Shown here: positions 24,470-35,747 of the stretch, one piece after another
How the letters are laid out: every line of letters starts with the position of its first letter
Position numbering within the stretch: the stretch's first letter is position 1
Assembly (NCBI RefSeq): GCF_004010195.1
Contig: NC_057719.1
Span: 85,224,260 to 85,288,259, forward strand
Source: Chiloscyllium plagiosum
Lineage: Eukaryota
DNA: 64,000 nt
Reading direction: 5' to 3'
Program-made: the position numbers and the translations under genes
The notes under the pieces: model-generated
Told to the model about the DNA's origin: nothing
The model's database searches: none
The model's input: only the letters and a program-made list of their open reading frames with translations

Positions 24470-25649
24470 GACTGCCAGTTACCGGTGACTTTTCCTTTTT
24501 GTTTCTGATGATGTTTAACTTGAGCACATTCATTTTTGAGGACCTCAATAGATTTCATGGTACTATGGTACTATTATTATTTAATTCAACTGCTGCCACA
24601 GTCAAATTATTTGCCAAATCAATTGCTGGGCTGATTTAACCAATTGAATACTTTTAGGGCCAGCTAGTGGCCACTGCTTATCACCCAATGTCTTTTTTAA
24701 GGTGCTAAAAGCTTCCATAGACATCCGATTTCTCCAGAAATTTCTCACACATATAATATTACCCATCTTAAACAATCTTCCTTTCATAGACCCAACTAAA
24801 AACTTTTACTATTTAACAGCCCATCAACACACAACAATCCATCGACTTCCACAGACCCTTCTCAATTTTCCTTAACCCTCAATAATCCTGTTATAATATA
24901 TTGTGATACTTCCCTATCTCACAGAACAATTTAAATACTAATTTAAATAATGCCAATCCGACTGTATCAGAGTTCCTAACTCTACTCACAGATCCCCATC
25001 TGCTAATAGAAGTTCCTAACTTCTGTAGGATCCTATCCTATTTTTTTCTTTTCTCTTTAATCAGAGTTCCCAACTCTGCTTACAGATCCCTGATCTGCTA
25101 ATGGAAGTTCCCAACTTCCGTCGGATCCTATCTTATCTTTTCATTTCTCCTATTTCTTTTCTCTTTATCTAGCATCCCCGACCCCCAATCATACAGAGAC
25201 CCAATCTGTTACAGGTTGGACTGAGATGATAGACAATGAGGGGTCAGGTCAACCACTACTTGAATGAGATGAAAACCAGAAAGCTTATTAAAAACTCACG
25301 TCTAGGTGGCCAATTCCTCAACACTCAATAGTGGAGGACTCAAGGCTCTTACACTGCTGTCCACAATCCGTCCATGCCATATCTGAGTCACAGGCACCAT
25401 ATGAAGATCTAGACCCCCGAGAGGGGCCCCTCGATTCCGCAATTGGTCAAATAAACACTAGGAGCTCGGTGTCTTTTAGCAAGTTTTAACAATTTAATAT
25501 GACGCTGGGCATAGGTTATCCGGCAACATAGGGGTTAAGCACCTCTGTGTACTCTGGAAAAGCTGCACACAACCTTAAAGCACAGGCACCTTTTATAGGT
25601 TTCTTAACAAACAAAACAGCCTTAATTGCAAAATTAATCCAATAAACTG
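24470..25649 (-). mobile_element. Endogenous retrovirus remnant: partial 5' LTR, tRNA-His PBS, leader and decayed gag N-terminus
   Basis: Minus strand order: ATTGG, TATAAAA (25591-25597), ATTAAA, LTR end ...TTCA (25402), TA, TGGTGCCTGTGACTCAGAT (25381-25399), donor-like GTGAGT, then AAGATGG starting MGNIIC...QWPLAG at 24766. Confidence 0.65.
25381..25399 (-). promoter_or_regulatory. Primer-binding site complementary to the tRNA-His 3' end
   Basis: TGGTGCCtGTGACTCaGAT versus TGGTGCCGTGACTCGGAT (one insertion, one CpG-type transition), 2 nt after a CA terminus. Confidence 0.75.
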
Positions 25650-26922
25650 AAATGCGAGGTTCTGCATTTTGGGAAAGCAAAACTTAGCATGACTTATACC
25701 AAACGCCGCCTTCACTATCCTGTCTACCTGCGACTCCACTTTCAAGGAGCTATGAACCTGCACTCCAAGGTCTGTTTGTTCAGCAACACTCCCTAGGACC
25801 TTACCATTAAGTGTATAAGTCCTGCTAAGATTTGCTTTCCCAAAATGCAGCACCTCGCATTTATCGGAATTAAACTCCATCTCCCACTTTTCAGCCCATT
25901 GGCCCATCTGGTCCAGATGCTGTTGTAACCTGAGGTAACCCTCTTCGCTGTCCACAACACCTCCAATTTTGGTGTCATCTGCCAACTTACTAACTGTACC
26001 TNNNNNNNNNNNNNNNNNNNNNNNNNNNNNNNNNNNNNNNNNNNNNNNNNNNNNNNNNNNNNNNNNNNNNNNNNNNNNNNNNNNNNNNNNNNNNNNNNNN
26101 NNNNNNNNNNNNNNNNNNNNNNNNNNNNNNNNNNNNNNGGTCTATAGTTCCCTGGCTTGTCCTTACCACCCTTCTTAAACAGTGGCATCACGTTTGTCAA
26201 CCTCCAGTCTTCCGGCACCTCACCTGTGACTATCGATGATACAAATATCTCAGCAAGAGGCCCAGCAATCACTTCTCTAGCTTCCCACAGAGTTCTCGGG
26301 TACAGCTGATCAGGTCCTGGGGATTTATCCACTTTTAACCGTTTCAAGACATCCAGCACTTCATCCTCTGTAATCTGGACATTTTGCAAGATGTCACCAT
26401 CAATTTCCCTACAGTCTATATCTTCCATATCCTTTTCCACAGTAAATACCGATGCAAAATATTCATTTAATATCTCCACCATTTTCTGTGGCTCCACACA
26501 CAGGCCACCTTGCTGATCTTTGAGGGGCCCTATTCTCTCCCTAGTTACCCTTTTTCCCTTAATGTATTTATAAAAACTCTTTTGATTCTCCTTAATTCTA
26601 TTTGCCAAAGCTATCTCATGTCCCCGTTTTGCCCTCCTGATTTCCCTCTTAAGTATACTCCTACTTTCTTTATACTCTTCTAAGGGTTCACTCGATCTAT
26701 CCTATCTATACCTGACATATGCTTCCTTCTTTTTCTTAACCAAACCTTCAATTTCTTTAGTCATCAAGCATTCCCTATACCTACCAGCTTTCCTTTTCAT
26801 TCTGACAGGAATATACTTTCTCTGGATTCTTGTTATCTCATTTCTGACGGCTTCCCATTTTCCAGCCGTCCCTTTACCTACGAACACCTGCCTCCAATCA
26901 GCTTTCAAAAGTTCTTGCCTAA
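25650..26922 (-). mobile_element. Young CR1 ORF2 fragment spanning an assembly gap, same family as 9430-13858
   Basis: ORFs 25793-26608 and 25593-25985 (KSPGPD, PEDWR, PGNYR, ADDTKIGG). Confidence 0.92.
26002..26138. other. Assembly gap (137 N)
   Basis: Run of n. Confidence 1.
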
Positions 26923-26924
26923 TA

Positions 26925-27026
26925 GATGGGTTGTGCTTCGGCAGGTTGGTGTGGACTTGTTGGGCCGAAGGGCCTGTTTCCACACTGTAAGTAATCTAAT
27001 CTAATCTAATCTAATCTAATCTAATC
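26925..27026 (+). mobile_element. HE1 SINE 3' tail with expanded (CTAAT)n
   Basis: GTGGACTTGTTGGGCCGAAGGGCCTGTTTCCACACTGTAAGTAAT(CTAAT)n. Confidence 0.85.
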
Positions 27027-27227
27027 AGGCACGGCAGACCATAACTTTGCAATTTGTTTCGGTAAGTGTACAGTGAAAATTACCCGGATTAAGTTAGCTA
27101 AGTTGACTACTAGATTTTATAACAGACAAAAATTAATTCACAAAATTACATAATGAAACATAAAGAACAGAATGAAGCAGCTGTACAGAACTCAACCTAT
27201 CCAACTAGACTTAAATGACGCTATCAT

Positions 27228-27790
27228 TCACCCCCCTACTACCTCTGCTGGCAAAGCGTTCCAGGCACCCACTACCCTCTGCATGAAGAACTTTCCACGC
27301 ATATCTCCCCTAAACCTTTCCCCTCTCACTTTGAACTTGAGACCCCTAGTAATTGAGTCCTCCACTCAGGGAAAAAGTTTATTGCTATCCACCCTGTCTA
27401 CACCTCTCATGATTTTGTAGGCCTCCATCAGGTCCCCCTTAATCTCCATCTTTCCATGAAAATAATCCAAATCTACTCAACCTCTCCTCAAAGCTAGCAC
27501 CCTCTGTACCAGATGACATCCTGGTGCACCTCCGCTACACCTTCTCCAAATCATCCACATCCTTTTGGTATTGTGGCAGAATTGTACGCAGTATTCCAAA
27601 TGTGCCCGAACTGACCTGCCAACCCTTGTACTCAATACCCCTTTGATGAAGGATAGCATGCCATATGCCTTCTTGACCACTCTACTGACCTGCGTTGCCA
27701 CCTTCAGGGAACAATGGACCTGAACACCCAGATTTCTGTATACATCAGGTTTCCCCAGGACTTTTCCATTTACTATACAGTTTGCTCTTG
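27228..27790 (-). mobile_element. CR1 RT C-terminal fragment
   Basis: LGVQVHCSLKVATQVSRVVKKAYGMLSFI...HLEYCVQF. Confidence 0.85.
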
Positions 27791-28579
27791 TACCGCTCAA
27801 TATTTTCTTTGTAACACTTTGTTGTTTTACTTTGCTCTGTCAGTATATTGAATCTACACTTTTTCGTACATTTATGTTTGTTTTTCCTTTAGTTTGGTAA
27901 TCTCTGTACATATGTTGCTGAAGGTTGTTTAACTATATGACTGGAACTGTTATCTCTTAGATGTATATCCTGGTTTTGTAATGTTCCAGAAACTTGTTTG
28001 AGCATTCAGTTCACCCATCTTACTGGGTCAATTTATTTCTTGTGGTTTGCATTTTGTCTTAACTAAGTTAGAAATTCTGTCATATCCAACTTTTATATCC
28101 GACTAGACATTCTTTTTATTGAATGCATGAAGCATTAAAGTAAAAGTAAATCTGTTGAAAACTAAAGTTCAGCTTAAAGGGTATAGTGTGATAGTGGTCA
28201 TGATTTGGAGATGCCGGTGTTGGACTGGGATGTACAAAGTTACAAATCACACAACACCAGATTATAATCCAACAGGTTTATTTGGAAGCACTGGCTCCTT
28301 CATCAGGTGGTTGTGGAGTGCACAATTATAAGACACAGAATTTATAGCAAAAGTTTAGTATGATGTAACTGAAATTATACCTTGAAAAATACCTTGCTTG
28401 TTTGTTAAGTCTCTCATCTGTTAGAATGACCTTGATAGTTTCACTTCTTTCATATGTAAATCACAAAACTTTTTTAAAAAGTTACATTCTCAGGTTAACT
28501 GTAACAATTGGTGTCAGCGCAGATAAGACATTGAGATGTTGAAGATGTTAGCCCCCTAAGTTCCCTGTCTGTGCCATAA

Positions 28580-30148
28580 AGAGGAAGTTTGACCCCACCC
28601 CACACCTCACCAATAGGATAAACAACACACTGAGGAACCTACAAGAAAACGGACTTATAACCAGGTCGGACCTACAAAGAATGAAACCTGAAAGCAACAA
28701 CACCCCCAGATTCTATGGACTACCTAAAGTGCACAAACCAGACATCCCACTCAGACCCATAGTATCACTATCAGGGACACCATCACACAAACTGGCGAAA
28801 GAACTACAGCAGAAACTGAAACACTTGATCAGCGGATCCAGACACAGGAATTCAACACAGGAATTTTTGGACATCATCAGAAATATACACATAGACAAGA
28901 AAGAAACCATGGTCTCATTCGACGTAACGGCACTGTTCACGTCTATCGACAAAGCCCTAGCCAGAGAAACAATAGCCAACCTGCTGAACAGACATAACAG
29001 ACAACAGGACGTTGAACCCATCAACAAAGACGGCATATTTAAATTACTGGACTTGTGCCTCACAACACACTTCACATTCAGCAACCAGATATACGAACAA
29101 ATCAATGGAACACCCATGGGCTCACTGATCTCGGGACTCATAGCAGAAGCAGTAATGCAAAGGTTAGAACAAACAGTCTTACCACAAATTCAACCCAAAC
29201 TCTGGGTCAGATACGTGGATGACACCTTTGTAATCATTAAAAACACGGAAATAGAGAATACACACCGGATCATCAACTCCACACTCACAGGAATCCGATT
29301 CACGAGAGAGGAAGAAAAGGACAACCAAACTCCCATTCCTAGACGTGAGGGTACAGAGAACACCAAACGGAGAATTCACTACAGGAAAGCCACACACACA
29401 GACCAAGTCCTGAACTACGAAAGCAACCACCCCAACACACACAAACGAAGTTGCATCAAGACACTGTTCAAAAGGGCCACAACACACTGCAGCACACCAG
29501 AACTGCAAAAAGAGGAAGAGGAACACCTATACAAGGTATTCGCAAAAAACGGATATCTCCTGTGAAGTGCTTCTGTGGTGTTTCCTCCGGCATTTATAGT
29601 GGCCTGTCCCTGCCGCTTTTGGTTGTCAGTTTCAGCTGTCCGCTGTAGTGGCTGGTATATTGGGTCCAGGTCGATGTGTTTGTTGGTGGTGTTTGTGGAT
29701 GAGTGCCATGCTTCTAGGAATTCCCTGGCTGTTCTTTGTTTGGCTTGATCTATAATGGTAGTGTTGTCCCAGTCGAATTCATGTTGCTTGTCGTCTGCGT
29801 GCGTGAATTCGACTGGGACAACACTACCATTATTGGGCAAGCCAAACAAAGAACAGCCAGGAAATTCCTAGAAGAATGGCACTCATCCACAAACTCCATC
29901 AACAAACACATAGACCTGGACCCAATATACCGGCCACTACAGCGGACAGCTGAAACTGACAACCGGAAACGGCAGGGACAGGCCACTATAAATGCCGGAG
30001 GAAACACCACAGAAGCGCTTCACAGGAGGCTCCCAAGCACTGAGGATGTCACCTAGACAGGGGACGAAACATTTGCAACAAAAACTTCCAGCTCGGCGAA
30101 CAGAACCACAGCAACAAGCACCCGAGCTACAAATCTTCTCACAAACTT
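28580..30148 (+). mobile_element. Penelope-like element, 5'-truncated: RT, internal inversion, endonuclease end, pseudo-LTR; 10-bp TSD
   Basis: TGTGCCATAA at 28570-28579 and 30149-30158; C-terminal EFDWDNTTII...FLEEWHS...INKHIDLDPIY; hammerhead-like core at 30040-30073. Confidence 0.92.
28681..29565 (+). pseudogene. PLE reverse transcriptase, truncated, with a local frameshift in the LPFLDV region
   Basis: PRFYGLPKVHKPDIPLRPIVS, VSFDVTALFTSI, YEQINGTPMGS, WVRYVDDTF, YRKATHT. Confidence 0.92.
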
Positions 30149-31539
30149 TGTGCCATAATGTTTAGACTGATTCTAATCTAAAAAGTGAGTTAACAGTCTT
30201 ACATGGATTCATGCAGTTTTTGAGCAAAGTACAATGTAACTCTGCAAATGCAAATTCACTCCACAAACGTATGTGTGCATGTGGGTTTTTTTTTGTGTGT
30301 GTGTATCTGGAGTGGGGGTTTGAGTGTCTTTGGGAGAGGGTGCATTTGAGAGTGTGGGAGTGTGTGTGTCTGGCGTGGGGGGGTTTTGAGTGTCTGTGAG
30401 AGAGAGTGTATATGTGTGTGTGAGTGTAAAGTGTCTAAGTCTGAGAGGGTGCATGTGTGAGTGTAGGAGTGTGTGTGTCTGTTGGAGTGTGTTTGAGTGT
30501 ATAGGGGTTCCGCTGTGTGCGTGCGCAGGAGTGTCTGTGTGTGTGTGTGTGTGTATAGTGCAATGGTGGTCACCTGTAGTGTGACCTGTCGTGTGACATG
30601 AACCCAAGGTCCCAATTAAGGCCCTCCGTATGGGTATCAACTTAGCTGTCAGCCTCTGCTCGGCCAGTTTTTGCTGCTGCCCATCCTGTACTCCACCTTG
30701 GAGGATGGTCACCTGAAGGTCCGAGGTCGAACATCTTGGACCGCTGAAGTGTTCTCCTTCTGGGAGAGAACACTCCTGTGTGTTGATTGTTGTGCTTCTC
30801 ATTTTATTCTTACTTCTCATTGTACAACTTGTAATGTTCCCAACATTTGCATCTATCACTTTCATTGAAATATGTGAATTTTGCTAATTCCCTTTTTATG
30901 TTATCTTTAAGATCATTATTTGTACTCAGAACGAAGTTGGAAAGAGATAGGCGAAGAACACAGATGGCAGAAGCAGTGATATAGTTCTCACTGGTGCTTT
31001 GTGTTGATATTCTAGATTATTCAGTAGTGGCAATGATTTGATCACTAAAAGTACAATTTAAATTCTGTGTAATTAACTATTGCTTATAGCTGGTAAAAGT
31101 TCTCAAAATAAGACAAAGTGCCAAAAAATTATATAGTGTAATAACAAACTGAAAAGAGAAAGAAAGAGTTCAAAAATAGTTTCAGGAGGCAAAACTAGGA
31201 TGAAGCTCAAAATTAAATTCTTATTGAGACTGTCTCACACACAGGGATGTTTCAGCAAATTGCAACATTGCAATCACACAGGGCACCAGCCCAGAAAGGA
31301 ATCTCCCATTAGCTCAGGAAAAGAACATCTAAGCATCTCTGATTCACAGATCATTTTCAGATTGATTTCTTCTGCCTATTGCAAGCAGGATTATTAGCAG
31401 TTTAATCAATAGTATTTAGTATCACAATCTAGTAAAGCATTAGGATCACAGAAAAGCAAATACCTGCTCAGGTCTACAGAAATATCCCACACAGTTTGAG
31501 TGCAATTTGCATTAAAGCAAAGGAAAATCAGTTTGGAGA

Positions 31540-31950
31540 GATTAAAATTGTTTTCCTTGGAGAATAAGTCTGAAAGGAGATTTGATAGAGGTTTTCCAAA
31601 TCATGAAGGGTCCGGATATAGTGGATCCAGAAAACTATTCTCACTCACGAAAGATTCAAGAGTGAGGGCATAGAGCTAAAGATATTGGCAAAAGCAGCAA
31701 AAGGGATAGAGAATAAACATTTTCACTTCACTCATTGTTATGGTCTGGAATGAATTACCTGAGTGTATAGTGGACCTAGGTTCAATTGAGGCATTCAAAA
31801 GATAATTAGATAGTTATTTGAAAAGGAACAATATGCAAGTGTACAGCAGGAAGGTGACAGAATAGCACTCAGTGAATTAATGATTCCAGCAGCCAGTGCA
31901 GATGCGTGGGCTGAATGCCCCCCTTCTTTGCTGTGATAATACTGTGTTTT
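31540..31950 (+). mobile_element. Old CR1-like 3' fragment
   Basis: TTTTCCTTGGAG...GGAGATTTGATAGAGGTTTT...GGGCTGAATG tail; a related minus-strand copy lies at about 32450-32950. Confidence 0.65.
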
Positions 31951-33084
31951 TCATGCAGCAATGTTGCAATAGTCCTCAAAGAGTTAAAAGCTATACAGCT
32001 TGATGCTCGATATTATGAAGATTTAAATCCAGTGTGCTGTCATTGAGTGATTGAATACCCTTAGCTAGATAAAATCTTTAATATCCGCAGCTCACTGCTT
32101 TGAGAGATATTGATTTATTCATTATTTTGTTTTGGGTTTTATTAAAAAGTGGACCATATCGGTAGGAGATTTATTAAAGATTTCAAAATGTAATTAGAAA
32201 ATAAAATATGACGAAGACCTTTATCACCTGAGAATGAAAACTGTGGTTTGGCTTGTAATGCTCAGTCTGCTTAATTTTTGATTTTCCCATAAAGACTTTG
32301 AAGTGCCAGTGGCGACCATGTCTTTAGCTATCCAAGCAAAAGTTGAAGATTGCCATTTGTTTCCAAGTGATTCAAAATCACTGTCTCCCTGATTATTTCC
32401 TGCTGATCAAGTCAATCAAAGTAAACCCTTCCCTTTTCATTTGTACATTTCAGAATCACAAAATTGTTATGGTGCAGAAAACCATTCAGCCTATCATGTC
32501 CTCACTGGCTCTCTCAACATTTCAATCTCTTGCATTTTCTCCAAAACCTTGTTTCAATTTAAATAATTATCCAATGCCCTTCTTAATGCCTCAGTTGAAC
32601 CTGTTTCAACCACACTTCGAGGTAGTGTGTTCCATATTCGAACTCCCTGCTGTGTGAAAAAAGGTTTCTTCCCCCCCCCCATTCTTGTCTTTGCTTCTTG
32701 TACAAAACTGGTTTAAAACCATGCCCTCTGGCTCTTGTTCTGATTACTAATAGAAACAGCTTCTTATCTATCCTGTCCAGGTCCCTCATTATTTTGAAAA
32801 TTTCTATTGAATCTCTCTTAAATTTCTCCTCTCCAAGAAAAAGAGTCCCGACTTCTCCAATCTTTTTTCATAACTGAAGCCTCTCACAGAATCACAAAAC
32901 CTCTACAGTGCGGAACATTCTCATAAACCTCTTCTGCACTTTATCGAATGCAGTAAAGAAGCAGGTGAAAAAATTGATGTGTTGATTATATTAAAGATCT
33001 TTGGATTGAAATTGTAAATGACAGTCCATTATTGAGTATATGAGGGAGAAAACAAAAATTAGAGTTGAGAAAAGAGTCTTTTTT

Positions 33085-33415
33085 AAAAATTTTATTCACT
33101 TATGGGATAAGGGCGTCACTGGCTTGGCCATTTATTGCCCATTCCTCATTAGTCACGGGACAGTTAAGCATCAACCACATTGCTGTGAGTCTGCAGTCAC
33201 ATGTCAGCCAGACCAGGTAAGGAAGGCAGTTTTCTTCACCTGTGAATCAGGTGGAGCTTTTCCTGATAACTAACAAAAGATTCATTGTCATCTTTAGACT
33301 CTTAATTCCAGATTTTTAACAAATTCACACTTCACCATCTGCTAAGGCAGGATGTGAACCCAGGTTCCCTGGATTAATAGCCTAGTGATAATATCACCAG
33401 TGCACTGCCTCCCCA
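33085..33415 (-). mobile_element. tRNA-derived SINE, second family (also 43930-44275 +, 46165-46495 -, 49255-49460 +)
   Basis: Shared CAGCAATGTGGTTGA, GGTTCACTAAT and TCCCAT-AAT-AAT end motifs between copies; B-box-like GGTTCA-ATCC. Confidence 0.7.
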
Positions 33416-33675
33416 TGGGAATTTGGAAATATTTGTTTGAGGAAACAACTAGCATAGTGAAGGTCTTGTGATTTAGTAGGTAGTGTCCCTGCGCTCAGCC
33501 AGATGCTCCAGGTTCAAATTCAACTTTAGGACTTGATGGCCATAAAATCTGTGTTCATAATGCAGTCAAGCATGGCGAGTATCAGCTTGCAACAAATTCC
33601 AATAGTAAGCAATAAGGACAGAGAGATCCCTGATCAGCCTTGTGATGGATAGAAATTGGAGCCTCTACCATCATT

Positions 33676-33895
33676 ATTTTTTATTTCAAAATTATACTTT
33701 ATTCATAAAAGACTTTATTTAAAAGATAGTCATTAGAGCAGTTAAATTCTGTAAAGTCTTTACATATATAGAACAAACAAACCAGAGGTATTTCCTACTC
33801 ATACAAGATTATATTTGTGTACATTTGAGGCACCAGGAGTGTCTGATAACTGAATGGACCCCCATTGTACTTTGGCAGAAAGACTACTATCCACA
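33676..33895 (-). mobile_element. Tx1/L1-like LINE 3' tail
   Basis: Reverse complement ends TTTTATGAATAAAGTATAATTTTGAAATAAAAAAA. Confidence 0.55.
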
Positions 33896-34094
33896 GGTCC
33901 AACACGGATTGGGACAAATAATGTAATTTCTGACTTTGGATCAAAAGCTTGGCTCCTCCTGGTGATTGTCATGGAGCTCTGCCTCCAAGGCAGTGAACTT
34001 AACAAGAAAAATTAGCGCGGTGAATAGTTTATCTATGAATATTTCCTGATAGGATCCAGAACATATTAGCCAAAACTGGTGCACATGAAATTAG

Positions 34095-34274
34095 AGAAAG
34101 TGAGGGATGCAGATGCTGGAGATCAGAGTCGAGAGTGTGGTGCTGGAAAAGCACAGCAGCTCACGCACCATCTGAGGAGCAGAATAATCGACGTTTCGGG
34201 TATAAGCCCTTCATCAGAAAATTCGATTCTCCTACTCCAAGGATGCAGTCTGACCTGCTGTGCTTTTCCAGTAC
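34095..34274. mobile_element. Fold-back PLE-derived insertion with a minus-strand hammerhead core (34190-34217), about 0.7 kb upstream of GCHFR
   Basis: TGCTGGAAAAGCACAGCAG...CTGCTGTGCTTTTCCAGTA inverted arms; CTGATGAAGGGCTTATACCCGAAACGTC on the minus strand. Confidence 0.8.
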
Positions 34275-34819
34275 TTGGGAATTGAGCATGAATAAACTGG
34301 GGGGCATAAAGTACAGAGGGTAATAGATAAAATTGAGTGGCTAAATTATACAATGATAAATGTAGAAAGTATGAGACTATGTTTGGATCCAAAAAAACAG
34401 TACGTAATATTTATTGGCAGAAAGATTACGATTTGTGGAGCAATGTAAATTACGTGTCTGGATGAATGACGGGAAATTGTTTTTAAATCTCAAATGGATT
34501 GCAATTCCAGAGGCTATAGTCAGTTGTTCAGAGCCGTGGTCGGCCCATCTCAGGTATTCGGGGACTGCAGTTGAAGTTCGGTTTCATGCACTGAATCTGG
34601 TGTAGCCACGCCAAATGACCAAAATGATACACGTTAAAGCAGGAAGTACAAACTGCTTGCAGCCTCCCGCTGCGGGGTTAAATCATGTTGATTCTCATTA
34701 AAGAAAGATGAAAGTGATAAACCTGTTTGACGCACATGATTGCAAAATACCAGTGGGTTGGCACATTTTTAGAAGCTGCATTTCCACGGTTTGTAAACCA
34801 GTTTCAGGAGATTGCTGTG

Positions 34820-34977
34820 TTTTACTTCAGTGTTATTACGTGAGCTCAGGTAGAGAGTGATTGGCTGGAGTCAGAGTCAGTGAGGAAGTTACACCATCCG
34901 TCCCGGGCCGCGGAAAGCCGGGGGGAATATTATTAACGTAACAGTCAGAAGCACCAGGAGTCCAGAGGCTCACAAGA
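34820..34977 (+). promoter_or_regulatory. GCHFR proximal promoter / 5' UTR
   Basis: GATTGG (inverted CCAAT) near 34859, CpG cluster 34899-34921, AT-rich AATATTATTAA near 34926, directly upstream of the ATG. Confidence 0.55.
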
Positions 34978-35013
34978 ATGCCTTATGTCCTCATCAGCAC
35001 TCAAATCCGATTG
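34978..35013 (+). CDS. GCHFR: GTP cyclohydrolase I feedback regulator, coding exon 1 (MPYVLISTQIRL)
   Basis: Matches recalled GFRP N-terminus MPYLLISTQIRM; TTG|GTAAGT donor, phase 0. Confidence 0.97.
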
Positions 35014-35747
35014 GTAAGTAAATGTGCACTTTATATATCGTCTGTGTGTGCGAGATGGGTCTCGTTTGCATTGGGGTTATCTGCGGGTACCAGCCTTTGC
35101 TCGGTTCTCCTCAACAGCCGGCAAAAATAGCTTCTGTCCCCTACTCTAACGCCGAGATTAATTTGTCCCTTGCAGCTAGTGTTCAGTCACCATTTACATT
35201 GAGGTATGGAGGATGTACGGGAAGTAGGAAGTATTTGATGTGACTCGGGGTTTCTCACATTCATAGTGAAAAGTACCACCTTGGCCCAAATTAAATGACC
35301 GAGGTTGACCTAATGCTCGGAATTGTTGCTAGTCCTATGTTTTGTTCTGATCCCACCAAGTTGTAAGTACTGGGGATTGAAATTGACAACACAGAAGTAA
35401 TAGCTGGAGAAGTGGTACCTGCTAACTTAACCAAACAACATTGTCAATCTACAGACTAGTTCTTTCCATGGTGGCTAAGCCAGAATACACTTAACATTGG
35501 CTAGATCATAGGTAACCAGTTTCACTTCAATTAAACCTATACTGCAGCCTCCAATACTCTTGTTATCTACACAAATATACAGTCTCAGTATTGAGGTCGA
35601 CCATACTGCCACTAACATTCAGTCCAGAGCTAAGCTGGTATTCACCTCAAAATTGACAACACCTTATTGCATTGTTGCCCACCCTCACTGCTTTTAAAAT
35701 TCCTTTCATGTCTTTGCTTCTTAGAGGCTTAACTTTTGCAAGTACAG

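Larger units (their letters stand above)
28195..30800 (-). mobile_element. Host PLE 3' portion (GIY-YIG end, CA-rich region, pseudo-LTR), split by a second PLE
   Basis: Minus ORF GEHFSGPRCSTSDLQVTILQGG...QKLAEQRL.AK; pseudo-LTR with CCACCTGATGAAGGAG near 28295-28310 (hammerhead core partly deleted); continuous across the TGTGCCATAA duplication. Confidence 0.75.

Noticed and set aside
24966..25142. CRISPR-like or prokaryotic repeat array
   Set aside because: Two-unit tandem duplication in vertebrate DNA, with no spacers or cas genes
25160..25213. Alternative LTR end (TGTAACA) with a tRNA-Pro-like PBS (TGGGGGTCGGGGAT)
   Set aside because: Poor match and not adjacent to the CA; the His PBS at 25381-25399 fits far better
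30209..30865. 218-aa His/Thr-rich ORF
   Set aside because: PLE endonuclease end running into CA-rich simple sequence
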